Below, one piece after another: positions 10,985-22,313 of a DNA stretch of 64,000 nucleotides; positions within the stretch are counted from its first letter, which is position 1, and each line of letters begins with the position of its first letter. A model generated the notes under the pieces. That model was given only the letters and a program-made list of their open reading frames with translations. It was not told the origin of the DNA and searched no databases. Location of the stretch: assembly GCA_001599295.1 (NCBI GenBank), contig BCGN01000006.1:186001-250000 (forward strand). The letters are read 5' to 3'. A program made the translations under genes and the position numbers. The DNA is from Sporopachydermia quercuum. Its lineage: Eukaryota.

Positions 10985-12132
10985 TTAACAAACATTCTTG
11001 ATTTCTTCCTTCTTACCATCATGTTCACCATAATCAAGCTTGAGACGACGATTGAAAAGTTCTAAAAGCCATTCAACGCAAAGCTTGGTAACAGCAGGAT
11101 CATATCTACCTTTACTGTTTTCATCACGAACGAAAGCATGNTGGGCGGCATTGATTTCCAAGAAAGTAAACTCAACTCCTTTATCTCTAAGAGTCTTTCT
11201 GATAATGTCTCTTCCTTCAGCAGGAACATGAGGATCCTTAGTACCGAAGATCATAATGATTTCGCCACTAATTTCGCCACATCTCTCCAAAGAATCATCT
11301 TTCATGCCTAAGCCTAAAGAATGCTTATGAATATCGGTAGGGAAGAAGCAAACTGCAGCCTTGACAGCAGGATTGAAAGCAGTTCTGAAAGCAATATGCC
11401 CTCCAATGCAAATACCTGAAGTGCCTATCTTACCATTGCAAGTTGGTAAAGATAAAAGATAATCAATTGAAAGCTTAGCATCTTCATCGTAGGATGCTAA
11501 AGGCTTTTGAACCTTGTATGAATTACCAGCATCGGTTCCAACGTCATCGTAAGGTAATGGTTCAGGTCCTATCTATATATTAGCAAATGATCTAACGATA
11601 TACGCGCATTATTAATTATTGGAGTATCTCATCACTCATGATTCAACATACCTTCAAAGTTGTGGTAAATAGAGGGGCACGCAACAATAAAACCTTGTCC
11701 AGCAATTTGCTTGGCCAAACGGGTAACGGGTCCTTGAATAATGTTAGTCTCAAACCATAATACAGAAGCATTCTTAGTTCACAGTGCCATTTAATATTTA
11801 TATGGTATTTGCCATTATCATCACTAAACAACTATTCTCCATCACGATCTTCATCAATTGAGTTGATTTCCTAGACAGTATTCATTCGACGTACCAGTAA
11901 CTATGACTCATGTTAGTATTCAGCTATCCTCATCTTCAGATCATTCATTCCCTATCTTCCTTCTTGGTACTTCTTGCAATCGTTTTCACATACCTTGATA
12001 AATTTCAGAGTACAAAACAACACCCGGGAATTTAACCATTGGATAGTTAGGAATTTTTGGATGGAATGTGAAAATTCTCATCGTAGTTCCGATAGATGTC
12101 TGAACATCAGTAAATGATTCGTCAATAAGCAT
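10985..12132 (-). CDS. Dienelactone hydrolase / carboxymethylenebutenolidase family (YDL086W-like), 4 exons, 269 aa
   Basis: Exons 12132-11994, 11900-11895, 11732-11652, 11568-10985 total 810 nt in frame. Product MLIDESFTDVQT...LYSEIYQ-VTG-PVTRLAKQIAGQGF...HNFEGPEPLPY...GICIGG (Cys nucleophile)...KDPHV...HAF. Donors GTATGT/GTACGT/GTATGT; branch points TACTAAC/GACTAAC/TGCTAAT. Confidence 0.9.
11895..11900 (-). other. 6-nt microexon (TTACTG) of the dienelactone hydrolase
   Basis: Minus strand reads TACTAAC-ATGAGTCATAG|TTACTG|GTACGT. It restores EIYQ-VTG-PV. Confidence 0.85.
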
Positions 12133-12145
12133 GCTGATCTATAGG

Positions 12146-12184
12146 TATAACTTTCGCTTATAACTTTCGCTTATAACTTTCGCT
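12146..12184. repeat. Perfect 13-bp tandem repeat x3 (TATAACTTTCGCT) just upstream of the hydrolase ATG
   Basis: Read directly from the sequence. Confidence 0.9.
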
Positions 12185-13256
12185 TTTTCCTTCGTATCTT
12201 TCGAGATATATGCACTTTTTTCCGCTACAATTACACGGTTAATCAATTTTGCCCTCAAGTTTAAAAGATCAAATCAGACTGTTGATATTTTAATAAAGAT
12301 CGTACTTAGTATAGCTAATATTGGGCTTATCTACATCCAACAGTTACAATAAGGACAACCCAGCCCAGCAAAACACAACTCACAGTTCAATTGAAAAACT
12401 GGAACGAACACCAATCAGGCACCGGTTTCATATTTATACATCCTCCTTGTTTTAAAAATTCTCCCTTCCTTCGTTCTGATTTGTCCATATATATTAAATT
12501 GGATTTTATTATCCCCCCATTCAGACCAGTGGTACACAACCATTACTACAATAATTAATTAGGTTACTGCTCCCTTCCCCGGTTTTATCATATCCGAGTG
12601 GGTTTTATTTGTCTGATCAGGTGATTTAATGTTTAGGTAATCAGGAATTTTTCCGAAAAGGTCAAGCTAAGTAATTCTGTGGGATTGTTCTCGAGACTCA
12701 TATGCTTTGATTTGGATTTTGAGTTAAAGTTAATGAAACTAAATTCAAACTCTATTTCCAACTTTAAAACTCTTATTTCTCAATTGAGAAGCAAATTTTA
12801 AATCTGAAATTTCGCAAACTATATTTATCCCTTAGTAACGTGAGACGTTAAATCATTGGCGTTTTGTGAAGACAAATGTGAATAGTTTGAGCAGGTCCTT
12901 CCTCTCTTCATTTCTAATATTTCACGAAAAAACAAAGAGAGAAATGTTAGATTACAGGGAGATAGATAGGTGACGGTTAGTCCAGTTTTGAGTCGAATTT
13001 TTAGGAAGAATGATGTCGAATTAGCTAATTGCTCTTTGGTTCTCTTTCCTCAGGTTGTTCAATTGTTTGCCTTATATTGTTCAATATGAGAGAAAGGGCA
13101 GAAAGAGAAGAATGGTAGAATGATGTGATAACTGTTCTCAGACCTGTACTTACATAGGAACACTTTGTGTATGTTAGAAGTTGATTATTTGGTGAAAGTC
13201 CGAAGGATAATGTAAGTATCCTATCAATAGTCATTGAGTAAGGCTTTGTTAGTAGG

Positions 13257-13307
13257 GACAAGTTTATAGAGACAAGTTTATAGAGACAAGTTTACGGAGA
13301 CGAGTTT
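13257..13307. repeat. 14-bp tandem repeat, about 3.6 copies (GACAAGTTTATAGA)
   Basis: GACAAGTTTATAGA x2, then GACAAGTTTACGGA, then GACGAGTTT. Confidence 0.85.
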
Positions 13308-14651
13308 GTTCTTCCTGATTTATCATATGATTAACTACTCTTTCCGTTGATGCAGACGTTCGTTTAATTGCCTATTGGTGCTTTTTCGTTATCATTGATT
13401 CTTGAGATTTGAGGTAGTTGTCAGAGTAGTTGTCGGAGTAAAACTGAACCAATATTGACTTTTCATGAGAACGAGCTGTCTATAAATTATCTATCCATCC
13501 GCATCCACAAATCGATTGTTTAGCCTATTATTCATATAAGTTATTATCAGCAAGAAACAATTCAACTACTCAACTTTTTTTGAAAGTATTCTTTTCTTTT
13601 ATTTAAGGATATTTTGCCTTCAAATGTAATGGTATTATGTAGCTCAGTTCTNTCTTCCATTACTATTCTCAGCTTCTCTGTCTCCCTTATTTTCTCTAGT
13701 CTCATCACATCTTTCTTACTTCTGCTACGTAGTAATCAATTGATAAAGAATACCAAATAGTCATTTCGCCAATATCTATAGATTGATTGAGAAAAATAAG
13801 AGGTCCTCCAAATAGTTGTATATGTTATTCTTATCATGCAAATTTACGTTTCAAGTCCTTTCTACAGCACTAACATTTTATCTCTTGATTGCACACTTTC
13901 TGACTGATATCTTTACTTATAACAATTAAATTGAACGGTAGGACATGAATTATACAATCTTCCTTAGATATAACGCAATTCCCCACACCAAATAGGTAAT
14001 GATATGCAGATAGTACGTAAGGTTAATGTATGGTATTGTAATTTGCTGTATGGAACTGATTCTGATGCAACTTTATTTGAAGAACAAGAAATGAGACTGT
14101 CTAAGATCAAGGTATTTGAAAGACAAAGATTGACTATAGAGATTGAAATATTGACTATTGTCAATAATTATTCCACTAAATTTAACTGGTATAAAAAATT
14201 TATTAATTCATTCAATTGTGTATTAATTGTCTATATCTTGTGGAGTGCACTGGAGCTCGACTTCATGTATGATATATGCATGATTTATAACTTAATGCAA
14301 TCATCATATAGGAATCAACTTTATTTGATCTGTCCAGTTATTTGATCTTTATCCACTCTTCTTAGAACAATGCTTGTTTCTTATTGCATGAAAAGTATTC
14401 GAAATTGATAGAAAATCATATGTAATTTATGCTCAATGATACAGAACAGCTGGATTCAGTACAAAGATTATCAGGAATTTGCCAGAGTCGTACATGCTTA
14501 GTTTGAGCGTTGATATTCTCTCTTATCAGTGCCAATCTTATTCGTCCTATTGATTTCTGAGGAAGAGAAAGCGTATACTACTTGGAAGGAAAGAAGAACA
14601 TCAAATGATCAGCTGTGTATTATTTTCATCGCTTGGACTATCTCCCTCAAA

Positions 14652-16964
14652 ATGAACCCAACTGCCTCATCCTCTTCGCATGGATTTGCTTATAAAGAAA
14701 GGAAAGCATGTATTAACTGTTATGAAAGAAAAATAAAATGCGTCTCTTCTGGAACGAATAAAACAAAAAAGGAGCTATTAAATCCAAGATGCGACTACTG
14801 TATTTCCAAAGGGTTAGACTGTACTATCCTACCGAGAAAGAAAAGAGTGGTTAAAAAGAAGAAAACATCATCTCACCAACAAAGGATTCACCATTATCTA
14901 TTTTATCATACAAATGCACCGATATCAAAGAAAACCTTCCAAACTCTAGCCGAAAATGATAAAAGAGTTCCTTCTCTAGACAAGAAAGAAGCACCTCATA
15001 ACGCATCATCGTCGTCATCATCACCAGAAGGATCAACTTCGAATCCCAGTAATAAGAATTATGAACTAGTCAACGGTAGCTGCAACTCTGACGACAGAAA
15101 TGGTAATAGTCCATCAGGTGCTCCAAAACTAACTGACGTGTATAATGTCATGTTTCCAACTTCAGGTAATATCAAGCTTAATAGCGAACCTATTGATTAT
15201 CCATTACAAGTCGCACATTGGCGTGATCAATATGGTGATGAGTTAGTTGATGCATATTTCAGGGGACCAGGCAAAAGACAACCAATTCTTAGTGAAGCTG
15301 GTTTCAGATACAGATACAAGAAGAAATTGATAACAGTTCAAGTTCTTTTAGCGACATTCACGCAAGCTGCTCTTTCTTGTGAGCATTGGAATCATAAACT
15401 GAGGAGAAGTCTATCCCATTTATTTGTTACACATCTGGAAACAAAATATCCTTGGCATACTGGGCACCCCAATGTCGTAACATTGATAATGTTGTTGATG
15501 CTCTCTATAGCTTATGGAGGTCGATCAACGTTGCCAAAGCTTTATTCTGTTGTATTCTATGCTCAGGAGCTTCGTCTTGGATTAAAGGTACCATCAGATA
15601 GTAACATGACTCCAGTGCTAAGAACCCAACGAAAAGTTCTCATATGGACTATCTACACATTGAACATTGTAGTATCAGTCAAATGTACAATAAGTAAAAT
15701 GATGAGCTATGTTGAGATTGAGGAAGATGTTCCAAGTATTGAAGAAATTATCGTCTTTTTTGGTAAGTCTCCAGAATCAGCTCCACATGAAGATTGGGAT
15801 GATGCTACTGCTTTTATAATGAGAATAAAAGCAACCAAAGTTCTTGAGGATATTGTGGATAAAGTATACACCAGAAGAGTGTTCTCTGAAATAGAAAACA
15901 AACCCTTGTATTTGGCTGAATTGATAGATACATTTGATATCCAACTAACTGAACTCAAAGAAGAGTTTCATTTCTATTCATTGTATCATCAGCATATGGC
16001 CAGTTTCTTCATATCTTCCATTAAAGCAATTTTATATTGCAGAACTTTACCAGGCTCACCATCAAGGAAAAATCCTTTACCTAAATTTGCTTGTAAATCA
16101 GTCAAAGCTCTTGAAGCCTGTTTAGATGATTTCAAGAACGTTACAGGTTATAGATCACCAGGTTTTTGGTATCCTCATGTTGCAGACTTTATGGCTCTGA
16201 TGGCATTCTTTGTCTTAGAAGTATATGTATCGTGTGGAAAGACACCTGATTCGTTTAGATTGCTTAGTAAGCTGGTATATTTATTGAATAATGTTCCTGA
16301 GTGGGTTGATGACTCTTCATATACTGTTGTCGAAAGCTTCAAGCATATAATTTCCAATTTGTTACGGAAAGATGCTGCTGCCGCTTCTGGTAATGTCGGC
16401 AATGCCGGTAATGATGCTGATAATGCTACTGGTAGTAGTTCTGTTGGTAATGGACTTGATATGCTGAATAATTCACTGCTTCTGGGAAATGGCAATAGCT
16501 CTTCAGCTATCAATGGTTCAAATATAATTGTACCTCCTGATTCAACCACTCAAGATGAAGAGCTATTGTTCCCAACTCAGTGTTTGACCATTCCAGATGA
16601 TAATACTACCGGTGTTAATGGCAATAGTACCAATGGTATAAATGTTAGTAACGGTACTGCAAATGGGTCCCATATTGCTTCTTCTGCTTCTCATACTGCG
16701 GGAGTTGATAATACCAGTAACGGATTCACNTCAAGTTATTTACAAACAGTTGTTGATAAGCAAGTGCCGTTAATTAATGACTTAGAGTATTCTAATAATG
16801 CTATTGACGCTCAAATTATAACAGCATGGTCAATGAATACAATGAATAGTGAGTCTTGCTATGGAAGGAACCGTTCACCTGGAGCGCTGGATGATAGGTT
16901 CGCTTTTGCCGAGGATGATATATTTGTTTCTGAAACTTTCCTTGAAGATCTAAAGAGTATTTGA
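14652..16964 (+). CDS. Zn(II)2Cys6 fungal transcription factor
   Basis: ACINCYERKIKC-x16-CDYCISKGLDC, a basic linker, a middle-homology-like region (YF...PIL; QRKVLIWTIY) and an acidic C-terminus. First ATG is at 14652; the ORF track starts at an upstream GTG. Confidence 0.88.
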   Translation: MNPTASSSSHGFAYKERKACINCYERKIKCVSSGTNKTKKELLNPRCDYCISKGLDCTILPRKKRVVKKKKTSSHQQRIHHYLFYHTNAPISKKTFQTLAENDKRVPSLDKKEAPHNASSSSSSPEGSTSNPSNKNYELVNGSCNSDDRNGNSPSGAPKLTDVYNVMFPTSGNIKLNSEPIDYPLQVAHWRDQYGDELVDAYFRGPGKRQPILSEAGFRYRYKKKLITVQVLLATFTQAALSCEHWNHKLRRSLSHLFVTHLETKYPWHTGHPNVVTLIMLLMLSIAYGGRSTLPKLYSVVFYAQELRLGLKVPSDSNMTPVLRTQRKVLIWTIYTLNIVVSVKCTISKMMSYVEIEEDVPSIEEIIVFFGKSPESAPHEDWDDATAFIMRIKATKVLEDIVDKVYTRRVFSEIENKPLYLAELIDTFDIQLTELKEEFHFYSLYHQHMASFFISSIKAILYCRTLPGSPSRKNPLPKFACKSVKALEACLDDFKNVTGYRSPGFWYPHVADFMALMAFFVLEVYVSCGKTPDSFRLLSKLVYLLNNVPEWVDDSSYTVVESFKHIISNLLRKDAAAASGNVGNAGNDADNATGSSSVGNGLDMLNNSLLLGNGNSSSAINGSNIIVPPDSTTQDEELLFPTQCLTIPDDNTTGVNGNSTNGINVSNGTANGSHIASSASHTAGVDNTSNGFXSSYLQTVVDKQVPLINDLEYSNNAIDAQIITAWSMNTMNSESCYGRNRSPGALDDRFAFAEDDIFVSETFLEDLKSI

Positions 16965-17676
16965 TATACAGATAATAATATAAGCTTCATTTTTAGTAAT
17001 ACAAAATATTTCATTTCTTTCTATTTCAATTGCTTCTTGATACTTATGTTAAACAAGTGAAGATATTGAGTGTATTGGATTCAGGACAATACGCATAGTA
17101 AGCATTGTAACATCTAGTCGTTAGAAGTACAACAGGTAGCTGTTGTCTTAGGTATCTCTAGGCCTACCACTTTCATTTTCAAATTACTTAATTCCATTAA
17201 ATGATAATTTCAAGCAAAAATCCAATTAATTGCTTTTATTTCTCCTTGCTTTAGCCTCTTCTGCTTGTTATTTCTTTATACCATTTTCATCTTTCTTCCT
17301 ATTATCGTCACCAATTATATAATCAAATAATAACTTCAAATCTTATACGATGTCCAATAACAGGCTCTTTTCCCTCCTGCCCCATCGTTATCGGCATAAT
17401 TACCGTTTTCATACTTCTGTGTTTAACTCTTTATCGCTCTGCATTTTATAGGTCTTGTATCACATTCCTTTTGTACGTCCCACATTATATATATTAAGTT
17501 GTCTTTCCATTGATTATTTCCGGTGTTTGGCAGACAGAATATCAATAGATTTTCTCTGGGAGGTAGTTGTGATTACCCTCATAATGAAAGAAATATCCGT
17601 GGGGTAGATATCCGGTTTTGCTTTTGGTTTCTAGCTACAGCTCATCTCATCTCATCTGCTTCAATTCCTCATTCCA

Positions 17677-20625
17677 ATGTCTCGTGAGCATTCTCCATCA
17701 AGGGCGAACTTGGGCGTAGATAGTGCTGGCCTTACAGAAAGAGAGGGAACATCAAGTAACGAATCAACACCATTGATCGAAAATAATAGTAAGAAATGTG
17801 AAAAGAACAGTGAGGAAGATACCAGAAACTGGTATCAAAGATTTTGGAGGAAATCCAGAAATGATGTCGATGAAGAAACAGGGGGTAGCTCTGTTTATGA
17901 AAGTACAAGCAACAGATCTGATCTTATTTCTCCATCGATTCCTAGTGAGACTAATTTGCAGCTAGATAGACAGAGTATAGCTTCTTCTGCAGAATCAGGA
18001 CATAATCATGCACCTCCAGTTACTTTCTGGAGTGTGGCTTATAACATTATTGACGAATTTATATGCCAGTGCCGTTGGAAGGGTCTATGTGCTATTATTG
18101 TCCTGATTGTACTGTTTGTTGGTTATCTTAATTATGGTAAATTATTTAATTCTGCAGTCCAATACCTGGTAACTAATAATGTAGAGGTCAGTGTTGATAG
18201 TATAGCTATTGGATCTTTCATTGATAACGGGTGGATACCAGTCGTGATAATTGGGTCCCTCGTTCCCAAGTATAACAACTACTTATTTGCAAAACTAATG
18301 AACGGATGTGGTAATGCTGAAGTGATATTTCCCAGCGATGTTTTGAACGTTTTTGTGACAGATGAAAATGAGAGAAATTATCATACTTTAAGCTTTTCTT
18401 CCATTGAACCAATAGCAATTGATTTACATGATTCAACTAGAACGCTCTTCAACTTATCAATGAATGTTTTACCTAAACATGGTATGTTCAAGTGTATTCA
18501 ATCAGCTTTAGAGCAAACCATCAACGACCCTAAAGCAGTGTATCCTTTAGATATTACATCAGATTTAACATTGACTGGGAAGGTTAGTCTTAAATTGAAG
18601 AGCTATACGCTAGGAACCTTTGACCTAAACGTAAAACATGTTTTTACTGCTGTGATCAACGATTTCTCCAACTACGTGAATACGACTATGGAGCTTGTTT
18701 ATATTGGAGAAAAGGATCATGGTGTAGTGTTCGCGGAAAGAGTAGTTNTTGACTGGAGCGAACTTGCAATATCGGCTGTAATTCCTGAAATAAATTGGAA
18801 TGGCCTTACTGTTGGCTGTGATAANTCTAAAAACTCATTATCTAAGTTATTCTCAGTTTCATCTTCACCCGTTGAGATTAACTATTATGATAGGAGCCTC
18901 GTAGTGGAAACTGAGGTGCTGATCTCTTCAATTCCCACTGCAATCACTACCCCATGTGAAAATGATCTCAGCATTCTAGATCTAATAGCTCGGGCAGTAT
19001 TAACTAATTGTCTAGATACGTTATCAGAGCTCATATATATAACAGGGTCAAGTAATCAATCTAATAAGACTTTTCCAGCGTGGTTGAATCAAGGGTTGCA
19101 ATCAATTATTATACGTCTGCCTTTAGAAAGAGCCTATCTGTCAAAGTGGACTGATTCTTTTGATCTTCAAAAGTATATTTCTATTACTCGTCTAGAAGAC
19201 ATCAGTATCAACGCTCCTTATAAGCACCAACCTTTTACAAATACCTTGTCTTCTTCTGCATCTCCTGACACTGGAACGAATAGTATGAGCGACCAATTAC
19301 TTGTTGATACTACATTTGATATTCAAATCATATATCCTAACCCTGAAAAGATTGATCTCAAATTCGAACTCTCTGAAGTGAAAGGTTCAATAGAATTGGA
19401 ATATTTTAATCACACTATCACACAGATAACTTTGGATGAATGGAAACCTATTCATATGCTGATATCACCTTCTAATAAAAAATATACAGTAAATATCACC
19501 GAGGAACTAGTCTCTCTATTTAATGGTGGATATATCAGTCAAGTAATCGAATCAATAGCCAATAATGAGTCACTTGCTTTCACTATTAACTGCCGCCTAG
19601 ATACTAAGGTCAAATTACCATTTGGTGATGTTGAATTGCATAAGCTTGGTACAAGCGTCAACTATGAGTTGCCTCCAACAAGCCTCNACTTCAACGATTT
19701 GTTTGATCAAGCAAAATTGAATATTTCCGATATATTACTGTTAAACTCTTCAAACAAAACCTTGGAAGTATCAGCAGATGTAAGTCTGAATACCCCAGGT
19801 TATGGAAGGGTTGATTTTCCATATTTCAGTGCGTATATCTGCTATGAAGAAGCAATTATCGGTAGAATTGATCTGATTGACTTCGTTCTTGGTGGCGTTT
19901 TGAGAAGTACCATGATCCCAAGGTTAACAATTGGCCCTGTTTCAAGCCAAGATGAGGATTATTTTGAGTTCGACAAGCTACAAGAGTTTATGGGGAGAGT
20001 CATTTCAGAAGTAGAGGTGAATTTTACAGTTGTGGGCTATGAGAACAGTATTCCCTACATGCCTCAATTATCTAGTGTCTTGAAAGACATTTCTATACCT
20101 TTGAAAATACCGGAGTTTGATTTAGGTAACGATGATAATAGTGATGATGATAATAATGGCGATAGTGAGAGTGATTATTATAGTGATGCTAATGATGATG
20201 ATAATGACATCTCTGTTTCTTGCAATATTTTCCAGTTAACAACCCTGGAACAACGGCCAAAAGGTTTATTTATAAAAGAAGCAACAATGCACTTAATGAA
20301 GTCAAATGTAGATTTCTTAGTTTATAATCCGATTGTAAACTGTGCAATAAACGCAACAATTCTCGAAGCCAATGCCAAATATAAAGATAAACAATTGGGT
20401 TATATCACAGGCTCTACTGCTCTAACAATAGAGCCAGGTTACTATCAAACACCGAGAATACCAATCACATATTCCAAAGGAATCGGTTATGATATATTGA
20501 GGAAGGCTTTGAATGGTGAACTGGAAGTAAATGGTTTAGCATTGATAAAAGTGGAGATCTACGAGTGGAAAGCTGTTATTATGTATCAAGGAAGTGGAAT
20601 TCATGCAAAAGTACAACTGATGTAG
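17677..20625 (+). CDS. Tag1 (YLR173W)-like type II membrane protein, probably vacuolar
   Basis: ESTPLI sorting-like motif, a single TM helix (LCAIIVLIVLFVGYL), a large beta-rich N-glycosylation-rich lumenal part, and C-terminus FIKEATMHL...VYNP...PGYYQTPRIPI..GIGYDILRKAL. Family assignment is from memory. Confidence 0.65.
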   Translation: MSREHSPSRANLGVDSAGLTEREGTSSNESTPLIENNSKKCEKNSEEDTRNWYQRFWRKSRNDVDEETGGSSVYESTSNRSDLISPSIPSETNLQLDRQSIASSAESGHNHAPPVTFWSVAYNIIDEFICQCRWKGLCAIIVLIVLFVGYLNYGKLFNSAVQYLVTNNVEVSVDSIAIGSFIDNGWIPVVIIGSLVPKYNNYLFAKLMNGCGNAEVIFPSDVLNVFVTDENERNYHTLSFSSIEPIAIDLHDSTRTLFNLSMNVLPKHGMFKCIQSALEQTINDPKAVYPLDITSDLTLTGKVSLKLKSYTLGTFDLNVKHVFTAVINDFSNYVNTTMELVYIGEKDHGVVFAERVVXDWSELAISAVIPEINWNGLTVGCDXSKNSLSKLFSVSSSPVEINYYDRSLVVETEVLISSIPTAITTPCENDLSILDLIARAVLTNCLDTLSELIYITGSSNQSNKTFPAWLNQGLQSIIIRLPLERAYLSKWTDSFDLQKYISITRLEDISINAPYKHQPFTNTLSSSASPDTGTNSMSDQLLVDTTFDIQIIYPNPEKIDLKFELSEVKGSIELEYFNHTITQITLDEWKPIHMLISPSNKKYTVNITEELVSLFNGGYISQVIESIANNESLAFTINCRLDTKVKLPFGDVELHKLGTSVNYELPPTSLXFNDLFDQAKLNISDILLLNSSNKTLEVSADVSLNTPGYGRVDFPYFSAYICYEEAIIGRIDLIDFVLGGVLRSTMIPRLTIGPVSSQDEDYFEFDKLQEFMGRVISEVEVNFTVVGYENSIPYMPQLSSVLKDISIPLKIPEFDLGNDDNSDDDNNGDSESDYYSDANDDDNDISVSCNIFQLTTLEQRPKGLFIKEATMHLMKSNVDFLVYNPIVNCAINATILEANAKYKDKQLGYITGSTALTIEPGYYQTPRIPITYSKGIGYDILRKALNGELEVNGLALIKVEIYEWKAVIMYQGSGIHAKVQLM

Positions 20626-21536
20626 ATAATCTTCTATCTATTGTCAATGATATATGTATTCTCGTCCGAACGTTATTAGGAAGTTGTTGATCTGAACTAA
20701 ATTGTGATTCAGCTATTGGGTCAACAGGAACAGTGCTTCGCATGAGAATTGTGATATTCTCGAGGCAACAATAGTTTATTTACTGTGTTTCGTGTTAAGG
20801 TCGCTTACGTTTCTATCGTTTGGTGTTGGGTAAGTTTTCTAGATGTTATTACTTGTTATTGCCAATTATGCTCATCTGAATGTGTCCTTTATCTGCATAC
20901 TAGTCATGGGTAGAATTTGATGTTCTATTGCTCACGTAATCATTAATCAGAGAGATTTGAATTATATCACGTAATCTTGTTTTCCTATATTAAAACGGTC
21001 GGCTATCAATAATTGCAAGAACTTCTTGAATAGGAAACTATCGCTTATCATTTGGAACTATAATCAATTAATTAAGAGAAAAAGTGCTTGGAATGCTTGG
21101 TATTGTTAATAACAGTAGAAACGTTTTAGGGTCCTGCATCAAATCCAGTGGTTAATTAAGTACAAGTGCCTAGTAAAGGTCTGACACGATGTTCTGGTAA
21201 ATTCAGCAGTTATAATCTGAGTATAAATACCTGTGAAAGGCTTATCCTGGATAACTGACCATCATATTGATCGTCCTGATTTGTATGTGGTACTTGATAA
21301 AATTGTTTTCTGGGTTATAAACTGAATCGTAGCCAACGATCCTAGACATCATACTATCAGTTTGTTTATCAGTCACACAACTTCTCAGGTTTAGTTCACC
21401 AGAATTCAATTTCAAGTTTTAATTCGATTGCTATTATTATCATTTCCGCGGTTCAATACTTCATTAGGGGTGTCTCTTCAGAAGTTCTTCCATTTCTTCG
21501 CATTTTCATCTGCAGCAAATCATCACCAAATACAAA

Positions 21537-22313
21537 ATGACAAATCAATTTGAAGGCAAATGCGCAATTGTCACAGGTTCTTCAAGAGGAATGGGAGCTG
21601 CGTTTGCCGAAGAATTGGCCAAACGAGGTGCGGCTAGTGTTGTTGTTACTTACAATTCACNATCTTCCTTAGAGAAATCTCAAGTTATTAAATCTAAAAT
21701 TGAGTCATACGGTGCTAAATGTGCTATTGTCCAAGCTAATATGGGTGTTTTGACTGATTTGGACAAAATCGTTAGCGCTGCTACCGAAATATCTCCTACC
21801 GGAGGTATAGATATTATTATCCACAACGCTGCTAATGGTGAAATCCGCAGGTTGGAAGCTGTAGATGAAGAATTCTACTATATGCAGACTGATGTTAATA
21901 TTAAAGGCGTAATCTTCCTACAAAAAGCTTGCTTGCCATATCTTAATAAACAAAGCAGAATTGTTATTATGGGATCTATCAGTGGTAGAGGTGGATATGT
22001 AGAAGAAACAGTTTACGGAATGACCAAAGCAGCAATGGAAGGACTTGCAAGAGTATGGGCAACAGAACTAGGAAGAAAATATGAATGTACTGTTAATTTA
22101 GTTAATCCAGGACCGGTTTCTACAGAAATGTGGTGGCAATATGATGAAAGTTACTTGAATGAAGTACAGTTTTTAATTGACAGGTGTCCTGTAGCGCCAA
22201 GAATTGCAGAAGTTAAAGACATAGTACCATTGGTGATGTTTCTATGTTCTTCTGAATGCGGATGGAGTACCGGTTCTACTTTGAATGCAAATGGTGGTGT
22301 TCTATATGTTTAA
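21537..22313 (+). CDS. Classical short-chain dehydrogenase/reductase (FabG-like)
   Basis: TGSSRGMG, HNAA, YGMTK (YxxxK), VNPGPVST. Confidence 0.92.
   Translation: MTNQFEGKCAIVTGSSRGMGAAFAEELAKRGAASVVVTYNSXSSLEKSQVIKSKIESYGAKCAIVQANMGVLTDLDKIVSAATEISPTGGIDIIIHNAANGEIRRLEAVDEEFYYMQTDVNIKGVIFLQKACLPYLNKQSRIVIMGSISGRGGYVEETVYGMTKAAMEGLARVWATELGRKYECTVNLVNPGPVSTEMWWQYDESYLNEVQFLIDRCPVAPRIAEVKDIVPLVMFLCSSECGWSTGSTLNANGGVLYV

Noticed and set aside
14004..14345. 113-aa ORF upstream of the Zn2Cys6 gene
   Set aside because: No motif and composition of random AT-rich DNA.
14529..14651. N-terminal extension of the TF in the ORF track
   Set aside because: Begins at GTG; the first ATG (14652) is in good context.
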